A stretch of 24,000 nt of DNA, taken from contig NZ_JBBMEX010000002.1 in NCBI RefSeq assembly GCF_040096355.1, forward strand, positions 272,483 through 296,482. The letters run 5' to 3'. This document shows positions 1 through 8,990 of the stretch, in pieces. Below the pieces are notes generated by a model. It was not told the DNA's origin. It worked only from the letters and a program-made list of their open reading frames with translations, and did not search any database. Made by a program: the position numbers and the translations under genes. Position 1 is the stretch's first letter. Every line of letters starts with the position of its first letter. This DNA is from Maccoyibacter intestinihominis (GTDB taxonomy: Bacteria > Bacillota > Clostridia > Lachnospirales > Lachnospiraceae).

Positions 1-1
1 A

Positions 2-946
2 TTCGATAGCAAAATTTTATCATGGCTATACTGGCGTATAGATATGATTTTTATTTTCTATCTAATCATTGGTTTTGTATGTATATTTAATTACTTCTGG
101 AAAAAACCATGGGGATATTTGGATGAAGTTATTTCCGCAACACAGACAGTTTATGAGCAGAATGATCATCCTGTAGCATTGTCTGATCCCCTTAAAGAAT
201 TAGAGGAACAACTTAACCAGATTAAACTGTCTGTGTTGTTAAGCAAACAGGTAGCAAAAGAAGCTGAGGATAGGAAAAATGAAATTGTTATGTATCTGGC
301 CCACGATATACGCACTCCCCTAACAACAGTGATTGGATATTTAAGTTTACTCCACGAAGCACCGGATATGCCTGAAAAACAGAAAGAAAAATATGTTCAA
401 ATTGCATTAAGTAAGGCTGAACGACTTGAAAAGCTTATCAATGAATTGTTTGAAATTACAAAATATAATGCACACACTGTCTCGTTAAAGAAAGAAAAGG
501 TAGACTTACAGTGTTTGTTGGCACAGGTAGTTGATGAAATATATCCCTCTTTATCTGCAAAAGGCAATTCGGCTGCTTTTACGGTTGATGATGATTTAGT
601 TGTATATGCTGATCCGGAAAAGCTGGCAAGGGTTTTTAGTAATCTTTTGAAAAATGCAGCGGCATACAGCTATCCTAATACAGAGATTATTATAACTGCA
701 AAGCGTTGTGGTAATAGCGTTCAAATAAACTTTGAAAATCATGGACGGACTATTGAACCTGAACAAATTTCTGGCATATTTGAAAAATTCAATCGCTTGG
801 ATGAAGCCCGCCTTTCTGATACAGGCGGTGTAGGATTAGGACTGTCGATTGCAGAGGAAATTATACGATTACATGGTGGAACCATTACTGCGTTTAGCGA
901 AAATGAGATGGTGTCTTTTGTGATTATGCTTCCCATTTCTGATTAG
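2..946 (+). CDS. VanS-like sensor histidine kinase, 5' end truncated by window (listed ORF begins at internal ATG 44; frame is open to base 2)
   Basis: H-box VMYLAHDIRTPLTTVIGYLSLL, N-box-like FSNLLKNAAAYS, G-box GGVGLGLSIAEEIIRLHGG; reading frame stays open upstream of the listed ATG (FDSKILSWLYWRID-M). Confidence 0.9.
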   Translation, partial: FDSKILSWLYWRIDMIFIFYLIIGFVCIFNYFWKKPWGYLDEVISATQTVYEQNDHPVALSDPLKELEEQLNQIKLSVLLSKQVAKEAEDRKNEIVMYLAHDIRTPLTTVIGYLSLLHEAPDMPEKQKEKYVQIALSKAERLEKLINELFEITKYNAHTVSLKKEKVDLQCLLAQVVDEIYPSLSAKGNSAAFTVDDDLVVYADPEKLARVFSNLLKNAAAYSYPNTEIIITAKRCGNSVQINFENHGRTIEPEQISGIFEKFNRLDEARLSDTGGVGLGLSIAEEIIRLHGGTITAFSENEMVSFVIMLPISD

Positions 947-1077
947 GCATTTAGAAGTAAAATCTTAGGAATTTCTTAGGAGATTTTGTTCCATATCTTT
1001 GAGATTAAACTGTTTTTGTTCGGTACAATAGTTACTGAACAAGGACAGTTTTTTGTTTAAGAGAAAGGAGTACACCT

Positions 1078-1965
1078 ATGGAATTAAAGATTGAACACAT
1101 CAGCAAACAGTTCAAAGATAAAACTGCAGTCGATGATGTCAGCCTTACATTAACAACTGGCGTATGGGGATTATTGGGGGCAAATGGGGCTGGAAAAACC
1201 ACTCTCATGCGAATACTTGCAGACATTATGACACCTAGTAGTGGTCGTATATCTTTGGATGGGAAAGACATTCATAAAATGGGAGCAGATTATCGCAATA
1301 TCTTTGGCTTTTTGCCACAAGATTTTGGCTATTCCCGCGATTTTACGGTCAAAGACTATCTGGAATATGTTGCTGCACTAAAGGATGTGCCGCTCAGAGA
1401 AACCACAAAGAAAATCAACTATCTGTTGGATATTCTTACCCTTTCTGATGTGAAGCGAAAAAAAATTGCACAACTATCTGGTGGTATGAAACGTCGTGTA
1501 GGAATTGCACAGGCCATGCTGAATGACCCTAAAATTCTTGTTATGGATGAGCCAACAGCAGGACTTGACCCTGGAGAAAGAGTACGGTTTAGAAACTTCA
1601 TTTCGGAATTTTCCCATGACCGTATTGTGTTGATTTCTACGCATATTGTTTCTGATATTGAATATATTGCAACTCGTAATGCGATTATGAAAGCTGGAAA
1701 GATTATTGATGTGGGAACAACAAGCGATTTGGTAAAACAGATTGAGGGGAAAGTATGGAGCTGTGCGATTCCTGCTCATAAGATGATGGACTATGAAATG
1801 CGTCTGAGGATTATCAATCAGCGAGGCGAGGACAATAATCAAATATCTATTCGTTATCTTGCAGAGCACTCCGAAGTAGAGGGTTCCATTCTTGCGGAGC
1901 CGCGTTTGGAAGATTTGTATTTATGGTTGTTTCCACAAGAAGATGTCGAAAGGGAGGAAAAATAA
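1078..1965 (+). CDS. ABC transporter ATP-binding protein
   Basis: Walker A GANGAGKTTL, signature QLSGGMKRRVGIAQA, Walker B ILVMDEPTAGLDP; RBS gaaaggag upstream. Confidence 0.95.
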   Translation: MELKIEHISKQFKDKTAVDDVSLTLTTGVWGLLGANGAGKTTLMRILADIMTPSSGRISLDGKDIHKMGADYRNIFGFLPQDFGYSRDFTVKDYLEYVAALKDVPLRETTKKINYLLDILTLSDVKRKKIAQLSGGMKRRVGIAQAMLNDPKILVMDEPTAGLDPGERVRFRNFISEFSHDRIVLISTHIVSDIEYIATRNAIMKAGKIIDVGTTSDLVKQIEGKVWSCAIPAHKMMDYEMRLRIINQRGEDNNQISIRYLAEHSEVEGSILAEPRLEDLYLWLFPQEDVEREEK

Positions 1966-1966
1966 T

Positions 1967-3205
1967 ATGCGTTTATTTTGTTTAGAAGTAAAGCGTGTCC
2001 TGAAATCACGACGCACACTTATCTTAATTGCTGTGGCTCTGGTTATGTCTGTTGTTATGGCATATCTGCCGATTGCTTTTGAGTCCATAAATCGTCCAAA
2101 CCCAGATGGAACAAAAACAGAACTTGATGGTATGGAGGCAATCGAATTTAAGCGTGATTTATATTCTGCTATAAATGGCGAAGTTACTCCAGAAAAAGTG
2201 AGTGAGGCTTTGAGAATTTATCAAAGTTTGATAAACGAATATGGTCCTATGGAAAGTGACACATTTCCGCTTTCTGTCAGTATTAAACAGATTGTACCTA
2301 TTCGTCCATTGCTTAAAGCGTTGCCAGAACTATATGCTGATCCGTTAACTGGAATAGGACCTGATCTTATGGATATTGATCCAGAAGATGTTGCACAAAA
2401 TTATTATCAGAAATGTGAAACTCATCTGGCAGATGTTATGAGGAATGAGCAACGCAATCATCCGGCCGCACAACAACAAGCCTTAGAACAATATAAAAAA
2501 GTCGATATGCCATTTCAACTTTATGCAGGATATTCCAAAGACGCGTTTGACTATGTTGAGCTTTATATTATGATTTTGGCAATTTTATGTGTTTCCATTA
2601 TCACGCCTATTTTTTCTGGTGAATATCAATCAGGCGCGGATAGTATTTTGCGTTGTGCAAAGCATGGTCGTACCAGATTAGCTATTACAAAGATATTGGC
2701 TTCCAGTATGATTGTGATGGTTGTGTATACTATGTGTATTACACTGCACTTAGCAATTTCAGATATCACATTTGGAACAAATTGTTTACAATCTTCTGTT
2801 CAAATGTTGTTTTCTATTATTAACTTGCCAAACTGGGACTTAGCACAGATGCAGATTGTTATTTCGTTAGTAGGGTTGATATCTGTTTTAGCTTGTGTTT
2901 ACTGTACTTTTTTTTTATCAGCAAAATGCAAAGATACATTGACGGTATTGTTGATTGCTATTGGCATAGTCCTTATTCCGACTTTTGCTTACACAGCATT
3001 AGGGGTAAATTGGATTTCAGCTATTTTTCCATCTGCGGGACTTGGTATGCAAAATAATTTTCTGTATCAACTTATCAATTTTAATTACCTACATATTGGG
3101 GGAATGAGTTTTTGGACACCGTATACTATATTAATTTCCGCATTGATTGAGATTCCTGTTTTCTTATTTCTTACAGTTCGAACTTATTGTAGGCACCAGA
3201 TGTAA
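1967..3205 (+). CDS. ABC-2-like membrane permease paired with the upstream ATPase
   Basis: Start set at ATG 1967 preceded by agggagg; multiple hydrophobic segments; abuts the ATPase gene (listed ORF begins earlier, at 1892). Confidence 0.8.
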   Translation: MRLFCLEVKRVLKSRRTLILIAVALVMSVVMAYLPIAFESINRPNPDGTKTELDGMEAIEFKRDLYSAINGEVTPEKVSEALRIYQSLINEYGPMESDTFPLSVSIKQIVPIRPLLKALPELYADPLTGIGPDLMDIDPEDVAQNYYQKCETHLADVMRNEQRNHPAAQQQALEQYKKVDMPFQLYAGYSKDAFDYVELYIMILAILCVSIITPIFSGEYQSGADSILRCAKHGRTRLAITKILASSMIVMVVYTMCITLHLAISDITFGTNCLQSSVQMLFSIINLPNWDLAQMQIVISLVGLISVLACVYCTFFLSAKCKDTLTVLLIAIGIVLIPTFAYTALGVNWISAIFPSAGLGMQNNFLYQLINFNYLHIGGMSFWTPYTILISALIEIPVFLFLTVRTYCRHQM

Positions 3206-3330
3206 ATATAAGGAAAAAGGGCTATATTCATAAAGTATAGAGGATTTATTACATCAAGTATCGAAATTGTTACATCAAAATATATTTTGGGGGATTTATT
3301 GATATAATCGGTTCATAATAAAAAATCCAA

Positions 3331-4902
3331 ATGAAAGGAGTGTTTAGAGTGAAAGAGCAGAAAAAAATATCTTTAGAATCGCTGGTATCTGAAATCGAAA
3401 AAAATGGAAGAATTGGGCGCTTGGGTAAAGTTTTTAAGACAGAAAAAAATTATTATTTTTATGATACAGGAACTGGAAAAGTTGCCAAATTAAATTCGAA
3501 CGTTTACATTGTACTGAAAAGTTTATTGGAGGGAATGCCAGTCGAAGATATTAAAAATCTTCAATTAAGTAAAAGTGAGTTTGAGGATGCAATTTCAGAA
3601 ATTAAGTCGGCAATGGAAAATGAACATATTTTACAAGCTCCACCATTAAAAACGCTGACAGGTGATGCAGTAACAGAGTTAGATGATATTCTTGAAAATA
3701 AGGTTGAGAATGTTACTCTTGAAGTTACTGAAAAATGTAATTTACGTTGCAAATATTGTATTTATCATCCTTCTCATCCAGAATACAGGGCGTTCGGACA
3801 TGAAAACATGAAATGGGATGTTGCAAAAAAAGCTATTGATTTTTTAAAAGAGCATTCCCAAAATGCAGAAAATAGGCACATTGGATTTTATGGTGGAGAA
3901 CCTTTACTAAATTTTGAACTTATTGAAAGAGCAGTTGAATATGCTAAAAAATTATTTGGCGAGGATATGTCCTTTGCAATCACTACAAATGCAACATTGG
4001 TAAATGATAAGATCGCAGAGTATTTTGCCAAAAATAATTTCAATATTATTATTAGCTTGGATGGTCCTCAGGAAATGCACGATGCAAATCGGCTTATGGT
4101 TAATGGGACAGGTAGCTTTGAAAAAACAGTTATGGGAGCAAAAAAACTATTTGAAGCATTCCATAAGGAAGGAAAGAGTTCTAAGATTGGATTTAATATG
4201 GTTGTATCGGGACCAGGTTATCTTGAACAGTATACAAAAATTCAGGAGTTTATCGAAAAAAGTGAATGGATTCCCAAAGACGTTATGATTTTGACTGCAA
4301 CGGTAGATCATGGACCGTCAGAGAGTGATTACTTTTTACCGCAAGGAAAAGAAGATAGATGGTTTATGGAAGAGTTTTATGAACCTTTAATGAAATGGGA
4401 AGAAGTGTATAAATCAAATCCAGATAATACAGAAAAAACTTTGTTTACGGATGGTTATATGGATAAGGGAATGATGATTATACACAAACGCTTGTTGACA
4501 GAAACACCTATTCAACAGTATGGAATGAATGGATGCTGCGTGCCGGGACAAAGAAGGATTTATGTCACTACAAAAGGTGAATTTTTACATTGTGAAAAAG
4601 TAGGAAATATACCTTGTTTAGGCAATGTGAATGAGGGATTTGATAAAGAAAAAATTAAGAAACTTTATGTTGAAGACTTTATAGAAGAAGCAAAAGAGTA
4701 TTGTAAAGAATGTTGGGCAGTTAATTTATGTACATTATGTTATGTTAATTGCTACGATGCTAATGGATTACATCTTTCATATCGACATAATTCATGTCGA
4801 AACGAAAGAAAGTATTTGGAAGACAATTTAAGACGATATCATGCATTAATGGAGGCAAATCCAAGCGAATTGGAACAATATAATGAAATGGAAATTCATT
4901 AA
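3331..4902 (+). CDS. ccpM: Radical SAM/SPASM peptide maturase, resembling the Cys-rich peptide maturase CcpM class
   Basis: CNLRCKYC (Cx3Cx2C) rSAM motif, GGEPLLN, C-terminal SPASM-like cysteines (GCCVPGQRRIYVTTKGEFLHCEKVG ... CKECWAVNLCTLCYVNC), N-terminal PqqD/RRE-like region; next to a short Cys-rich peptide gene. Confidence 0.88.
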   Translation: MKGVFRVKEQKKISLESLVSEIEKNGRIGRLGKVFKTEKNYYFYDTGTGKVAKLNSNVYIVLKSLLEGMPVEDIKNLQLSKSEFEDAISEIKSAMENEHILQAPPLKTLTGDAVTELDDILENKVENVTLEVTEKCNLRCKYCIYHPSHPEYRAFGHENMKWDVAKKAIDFLKEHSQNAENRHIGFYGGEPLLNFELIERAVEYAKKLFGEDMSFAITTNATLVNDKIAEYFAKNNFNIIISLDGPQEMHDANRLMVNGTGSFEKTVMGAKKLFEAFHKEGKSSKIGFNMVVSGPGYLEQYTKIQEFIEKSEWIPKDVMILTATVDHGPSESDYFLPQGKEDRWFMEEFYEPLMKWEEVYKSNPDNTEKTLFTDGYMDKGMMIIHKRLLTETPIQQYGMNGCCVPGQRRIYVTTKGEFLHCEKVGNIPCLGNVNEGFDKEKIKKLYVEDFIEEAKEYCKECWAVNLCTLCYVNCYDANGLHLSYRHNSCRNERKYLEDNLRRYHALMEANPSELEQYNEMEIH

Positions 4903-4965
4903 CAAAGGTAAATACGTTTATATTTACATAGATGTATTTAAATTACAAAGAAAGGAGGAATCGTT

Positions 4966-5166
4966 ATGAAGTTTGTAAATCCAATTGGAAGAACACCTGG
5001 ATCAGGAGTGCAGCCGAGAGCATGCATGTGTACTGATGGATATGCAGGTTACAGAGGCAATGATGATGGTTGTGTTCATTGTGGCTGTGGCTGTGGTGGC
5101 GAAGGAGAGTATCGTACAGGTAACAGAGTAAATGCTGTTGCTACATTCCGTTCTAGTACTCTCTAA
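4966..5166 (+). CDS. Cys-rich RiPP precursor peptide, Clo7bot/CLI_3235-like, 66 aa
   Basis: MKFVNPIGRTPGSGVQPRACMCTDGYAGYRGNDDGCVHCGCGCGG...; six Cys (20,22,36,39,41,43); strong RBS aaaggagg; immediately downstream of the rSAM/SPASM gene. Confidence 0.82.
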   Translation: MKFVNPIGRTPGSGVQPRACMCTDGYAGYRGNDDGCVHCGCGCGGEGEYRTGNRVNAVATFRSSTL

Positions 5167-5180
5167 GAGGTAGTAAAAAC

Positions 5181-5211
5181 GAAGGCGTAGTACTATATGT
5201 GCTACGCCTTC
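5181..5211 (+). promoter_or_regulatory. Intercistronic hairpin between precursor and exporter (possible partial terminator or processing/stability element)
   Basis: Perfect 10-bp arms gaaggcgtag / ctacgccttc (5181-5190, 5202-5211) with no following T-tract. Confidence 0.65.
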
Positions 5212-5230
5212 ACTATATAGGAGAAAAATC

Positions 5231-7006
5231 ATGCTAAAAAAAATAAAAAGGAATATTTTTTTGATTTATTATACGATAAGATTAATTTGTAAAATATGTA
5301 AAGCAAAATTTATTCTGGCATTTATTTTGTCTATAATAAATGGAATTCTTCCTGTTTCGTCCTTATTGGTAATGCAACAGTTGTTAAATGAAATACAAAA
5401 CAAGACACAATCATATCAATATGTGGTGTATCTTTTGATTTTATATTTCGGGCTAATTATCTCGGAATCGCTTTTACAGAATTTAGCAAGCTATAATTTA
5501 AACAATTTAAACAATCATTTAGTTTATGGAATAAATTACATTCTTATGAAAAAATGTGGGGATTTATCATTGGAAATGTTAGAGAGAACAGAAACATATG
5601 ATATGATAAATCGTTTAGAACAAGAAATTGGAAATAAACCATATCAGACCATGCAAGGGGTATTAGGCTTAGCATCTAATTTAGTTTCGTTATTTTCAGC
5701 CGCAATGATACTACTTTCATGGAATCCAATTCTTGTGATTATAATGATTGCTGTGTCAATATTAATGTTTATAGGACAAATTTATGTTGGTAATAAAGAA
5801 TTTCTAATGAGATATGAGCGCAGTGGAAAAGAAAGAAAAGCGTGGTATTATACATATTTACTTACACATGATACAGCATTTAAAGAGGTAAAAGCATATG
5901 GATTAAAAAAATATTTGCTGGATAAATATTGTAGCTTAGTCAAAACTTTCATAAAACAAGCCAATGAAATTGAAAAAACCAGAGCTGTTTTAAATATGAT
6001 TATTTCGTTTATACAAGATATAGTTTGTATAATTATAATGATTATTGCAATATATTTGGCTTACGTAGGGAAAAAAATGATAGGAACCACTATGTCATAT
6101 TTAAATGCTGTGTCCATGATGCAAAATGCTACAAATAGCATTGCCTCTAATGTTTATTCTATTTATAACGCAAATTTATATATACAATTACTAAAAGATT
6201 TTTTAGAAATAAAAGAAGGGGAGAATGCGTTAGGTGGTACAAAAGTAGATAATATAAAGACAATTGAACTAAGAAACGTATCTTTCGATTATCCTCAATG
6301 TAAAATGGCACTATCTACCATTAATTTAAAAATTAAATCAAACGAACAGATTGCAATTGTAGGAAAAAATGGATCTGGGAAAAGCACTTTATTTAAAATT
6401 TTATGTGGGTTATATAAACCTACTAGTGGGAAGCTATTTGTTAATAATCTTGATTTGGAGAATATTGATGTAAAGAGTTACAGGAATTGTATATCTGTTC
6501 TTTTTCAAGATTTTTTAAAGTATGAAGGTACATTGGAAGAGAACGTTTATATAGGAGATATTAGTACAGAAGTCGATGAAAATAAAATTAAAAATTCATT
6601 GTGCAAAGCAAACGTTGATTTTTTAAAAACCGAAAGAGGATACGAACTAAAAAGAGGATTAGGAAATTGGTTTGATGAAGGAGGTCAATTATCAGGTGGT
6701 CAATGGCAGAAAATAGCGTTAGCAAGAACCTATTATAAAAATGCAGATTTATATTTGTTGGATGAGCCTAGTTCCGCATTAGATGTAACAGCAGAAACCA
6801 AAATTTTTAAGAGTTTTTTTGAGGTGAGTAAAAATAAGATAGCAATATATATAACCCATAGAGTAAAAATTGCACAGGATGCTAATAAAATAATTGTATT
6901 AGATGGGGGTAAAATAGTAGGTATAGGAACACATGCAGAGTTATTGAAAAATTGTAGTGTATATCAAGATTTATATAATCAAGAGAACCTAAAAAATAAA
7001 GGGTAA
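5231..7006 (+). CDS. ABC transporter, fused TM domain + ATPase, likely exporter of the Cys-rich peptide
   Basis: N-terminal TM region, Walker A GKNGSGKSTL, signature QLSGGQWQKIALART, Walker B DLYLLDEPSSALD; no obvious N-terminal C39 peptidase domain. Confidence 0.93.
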   Translation: MLKKIKRNIFLIYYTIRLICKICKAKFILAFILSIINGILPVSSLLVMQQLLNEIQNKTQSYQYVVYLLILYFGLIISESLLQNLASYNLNNLNNHLVYGINYILMKKCGDLSLEMLERTETYDMINRLEQEIGNKPYQTMQGVLGLASNLVSLFSAAMILLSWNPILVIIMIAVSILMFIGQIYVGNKEFLMRYERSGKERKAWYYTYLLTHDTAFKEVKAYGLKKYLLDKYCSLVKTFIKQANEIEKTRAVLNMIISFIQDIVCIIIMIIAIYLAYVGKKMIGTTMSYLNAVSMMQNATNSIASNVYSIYNANLYIQLLKDFLEIKEGENALGGTKVDNIKTIELRNVSFDYPQCKMALSTINLKIKSNEQIAIVGKNGSGKSTLFKILCGLYKPTSGKLFVNNLDLENIDVKSYRNCISVLFQDFLKYEGTLEENVYIGDISTEVDENKIKNSLCKANVDFLKTERGYELKRGLGNWFDEGGQLSGGQWQKIALARTYYKNADLYLLDEPSSALDVTAETKIFKSFFEVSKNKIAIYITHRVKIAQDANKIIVLDGGKIVGIGTHAELLKNCSVYQDLYNQENLKNKG

Positions 7007-7175
7007 TGCATGATGCCTACTCTCCTTTTGGAAATAGAGAGAAATGCTGCTGTTCTAACATTTCCCAACAATTATTTATAGGATGAATATTCGGTGGATA
7101 TGCACAACTTTAAAATTAGGCGCTTGCATAAAACGGAACATATCTAATCTGAAAAGTAAGAAGCATATTCATATT

Positions 7176-7360
7176 ATTGTGAACTTCTGTGAAAATTAAC
7201 GCTCGATTGAAACAACTGAGTGTTTTCAATGTTTCCATCGGATTTAAAGTAAAATTCTGAGAGTTAATTAACTCTACGAGGAATTTATAAAATTCACTGT
7301 AAACGGCTGAAATAAACTATTTTTAGAAAATGAGAGTTAATTTTTCAGGAAGTTCACAAT
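7176..7360. repeat. Foldback / MITE-like element with about 25-29 nt terminal inverted repeats
   Basis: Left arm attgtgaacttctgtgaaaattaacgctc (7176-7204); right arm gagagttaatttttcaggaagttcacaat (7332-7360), reverse complement attgtgaacttcctgaaaaattaactctc, 24/29 matches; internal palindrome agagttaattaactct; no ORF inside. Confidence 0.6.
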
Positions 7361-7499
7361 TATAGAAAAGATGGCAGAGATAGAAATTATGTAAAAAGTA
7401 AAAATAACTAAAAAAGTGCCGGATGTTGGATATTTCGTTCGGTATTTCTTTCTGGAATGGGAACAGTTAGAAATTTATAAATCAAGAGGAGGCATACAG

Positions 7500-7829
7500 A
7501 TGAAGTATGTTTTTCCAGAATATAAAGAGAATGTAGTTTTGGGCGATGGAAAACTGCAGTTAAATCCAATGTCCTATCAGGTTATTTACGAAGGAAAGGA
7601 AATAGATTTAACGCCCAGGGAATTTGAAGTTCTGTATCTTTTAGCCCAAAGGCCAAATTGGGTTATTCCAAAGAAGAATATCTATTGTTCGGTCTGGGAG
7701 AGTAATTATTATGATGATCAGATTCCGTACAAAACAGTGGAACACGTAGTATGGAAGATACGAAAAAAGATGGGGCATGATATTATAGAAACATTGATCA
7801 ATGTAGGGTATAGACTAAAAAAGATGTAA
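7500..7829 (+). CDS. Winged-helix (OmpR/PhoB-type C-terminal domain) DNA-binding protein with no receiver domain
   Basis: MSYQVIYEGKEIDLTPREFEVLYLLAQRPNWVIPKKNIYCSVWE...KTVEHVVWKIRKKMG...LINVGYRLKK is typical Trans_reg_C; ATG at 7500 has agaggagg upstream. Confidence 0.85.
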   Translation: MKYVFPEYKENVVLGDGKLQLNPMSYQVIYEGKEIDLTPREFEVLYLLAQRPNWVIPKKNIYCSVWESNYYDDQIPYKTVEHVVWKIRKKMGHDIIETLINVGYRLKKM

Positions 7830-8016
7830 AGGCAGGATAGTGTGAGTAAAAGTTTTTATATTCTGATTGAATTTTTGGGAGATACGCCATATAATATTGG
7901 CAACTATAAGAAAGCGCGTACATACGTCATTTGACTAAATATCACGTTGTAACTAGAAATTGAGATAAACTCTTACAGAGCTTTTGTGGACTATCCAAAG
8001 AAAAAGGAGGCTGACT

Positions 8017-8625
8017 ATGAACGTATATGAAGAAATAGATCAGGAAACAATGATGTTGCTTTTAGATTCCTTGTGTAAACGGACAGTGGAGGGAAAACAG
8101 ATATGGGAAAATATGGAGTATAATCCTATTTCCTTTTTACAGAAAGATATTTATGAAAAAGAAGGTACCTGTATATCACAAATGTTTGAAGCAACGACAG
8201 TGTTCAATAACATTGAATATGAATTAGAGCTTTCAGAGTCAATCGAACTTCCGTCTGGCAAGGGAGATATTTTTGGAACAATTTCTTATGAAACAGAAGA
8301 CGGAAAAGAGAATACGTATGATTTCTCTTTGTCTTTTGATGTAGAGAAATATGATGATGCGAATGCGGAAGAATTGCAGGGGATTTTTGGGAGCTCAATC
8401 ATTGTACAGTTTACAGATGCAATAGTGGGAATATTTGAAAATTCAGATGCGGTAGCTGAGGGATTTGCTTATGCAAGATACTATCATCAAACAGGAATTG
8501 ATTCGGAATGGGAAACCAATCCTCTTGTGAAACTTGGTGAGAAACTGATGCAAGAGCACGCAATGCTGGATTTTCATAAAATAGTATTGGATACAGCTTC
8601 TAGGGAGCGTTTATTGAAACGGTAA
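8017..8625 (+). CDS. Hypothetical protein
   Basis: ATG 8017 with aaaggagg RBS; 202-aa ORF with coding-like composition; no family recognised. Confidence 0.65.
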   Translation: MNVYEEIDQETMMLLLDSLCKRTVEGKQIWENMEYNPISFLQKDIYEKEGTCISQMFEATTVFNNIEYELELSESIELPSGKGDIFGTISYETEDGKENTYDFSLSFDVEKYDDANAEELQGIFGSSIIVQFTDAIVGIFENSDAVAEGFAYARYYHQTGIDSEWETNPLVKLGEKLMQEHAMLDFHKIVLDTASRERLLKR

Positions 8626-8727
8626 GTAACGGGTTATAATAAGATACAACCAATCAATTTTTTGTGGAAACTATTGATATTTCTTAGGGTATCGCATATA
8701 ATATAATTAAGCCAAAAGGTTTCGTGT

Positions 8728-8910
8728 AGCGGCACGTAAAAGCTGTACTGTGCCCGGGCAGGGTAATTACTGGGACTATTTGATACTCGGAAGGGTATTA
8801 CGCCCACACCAGGGAGATACGGTGAGTCCGCGCCGGGGACTCAATGATACCGGCGACATTTTAGACATTCGGAAGGATGTCGCGGCTGACAGCCAGCATA
8901 AAACCGCTTT
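8728..8910 (+). ncRNA. Candidate structured non-coding RNA, family not identified
   Basis: Closing arms agcgg (8728-8732)/ccgct (8904-8908); hairpins atactc-GGAA-gggtat (8783-8798), tgagtcc...ggactca (8823-8843) enclosed by cggt/accg, gacattc-GGAA-ggatgtc (8864-8881); followed by an intrinsic terminator. Confidence 0.55.
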
Positions 8911-8922
8911 TTAAGATTATGG

Positions 8923-8961
8923 GCACTGGATAACAAAAAAGTTGTCCAGTGCTGTTTTTTT
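8923..8961 (+). terminator. Rho-independent terminator
   Basis: 12-bp arms gcactggataac / gttgtccagtgc followed by a T-tract. Confidence 0.85.
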
Positions 8962-8990
8962 ATACTATAGTGATGATTGGGAAAAGATAG

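Noticed and set aside
1474-1869. 131-aa minus-strand ORF opposite the ABC ATPase
   Set aside because: Fully antisense to a gene with Walker A/B and signature motifs; no independent support.
4004-4288. 94-aa plus-strand ORF inside the radical SAM gene
   Set aside because: Out-of-frame overlap with a gene with clear domain motifs.
8715-8912. An open frame through the structured RNA candidate (...VPGQGNYWDYLILGRVLRPHQGDTVSPRRGLNDTGDILDIRKDVAADSQHKTAF*)
   Set aside because: No convincing start codon with an RBS, and the nucleotide-level helices explain the sequence better. It cannot be fully excluded as a decayed gene fragment; homolog comparison (codon-type versus helix-type substitutions) would decide.
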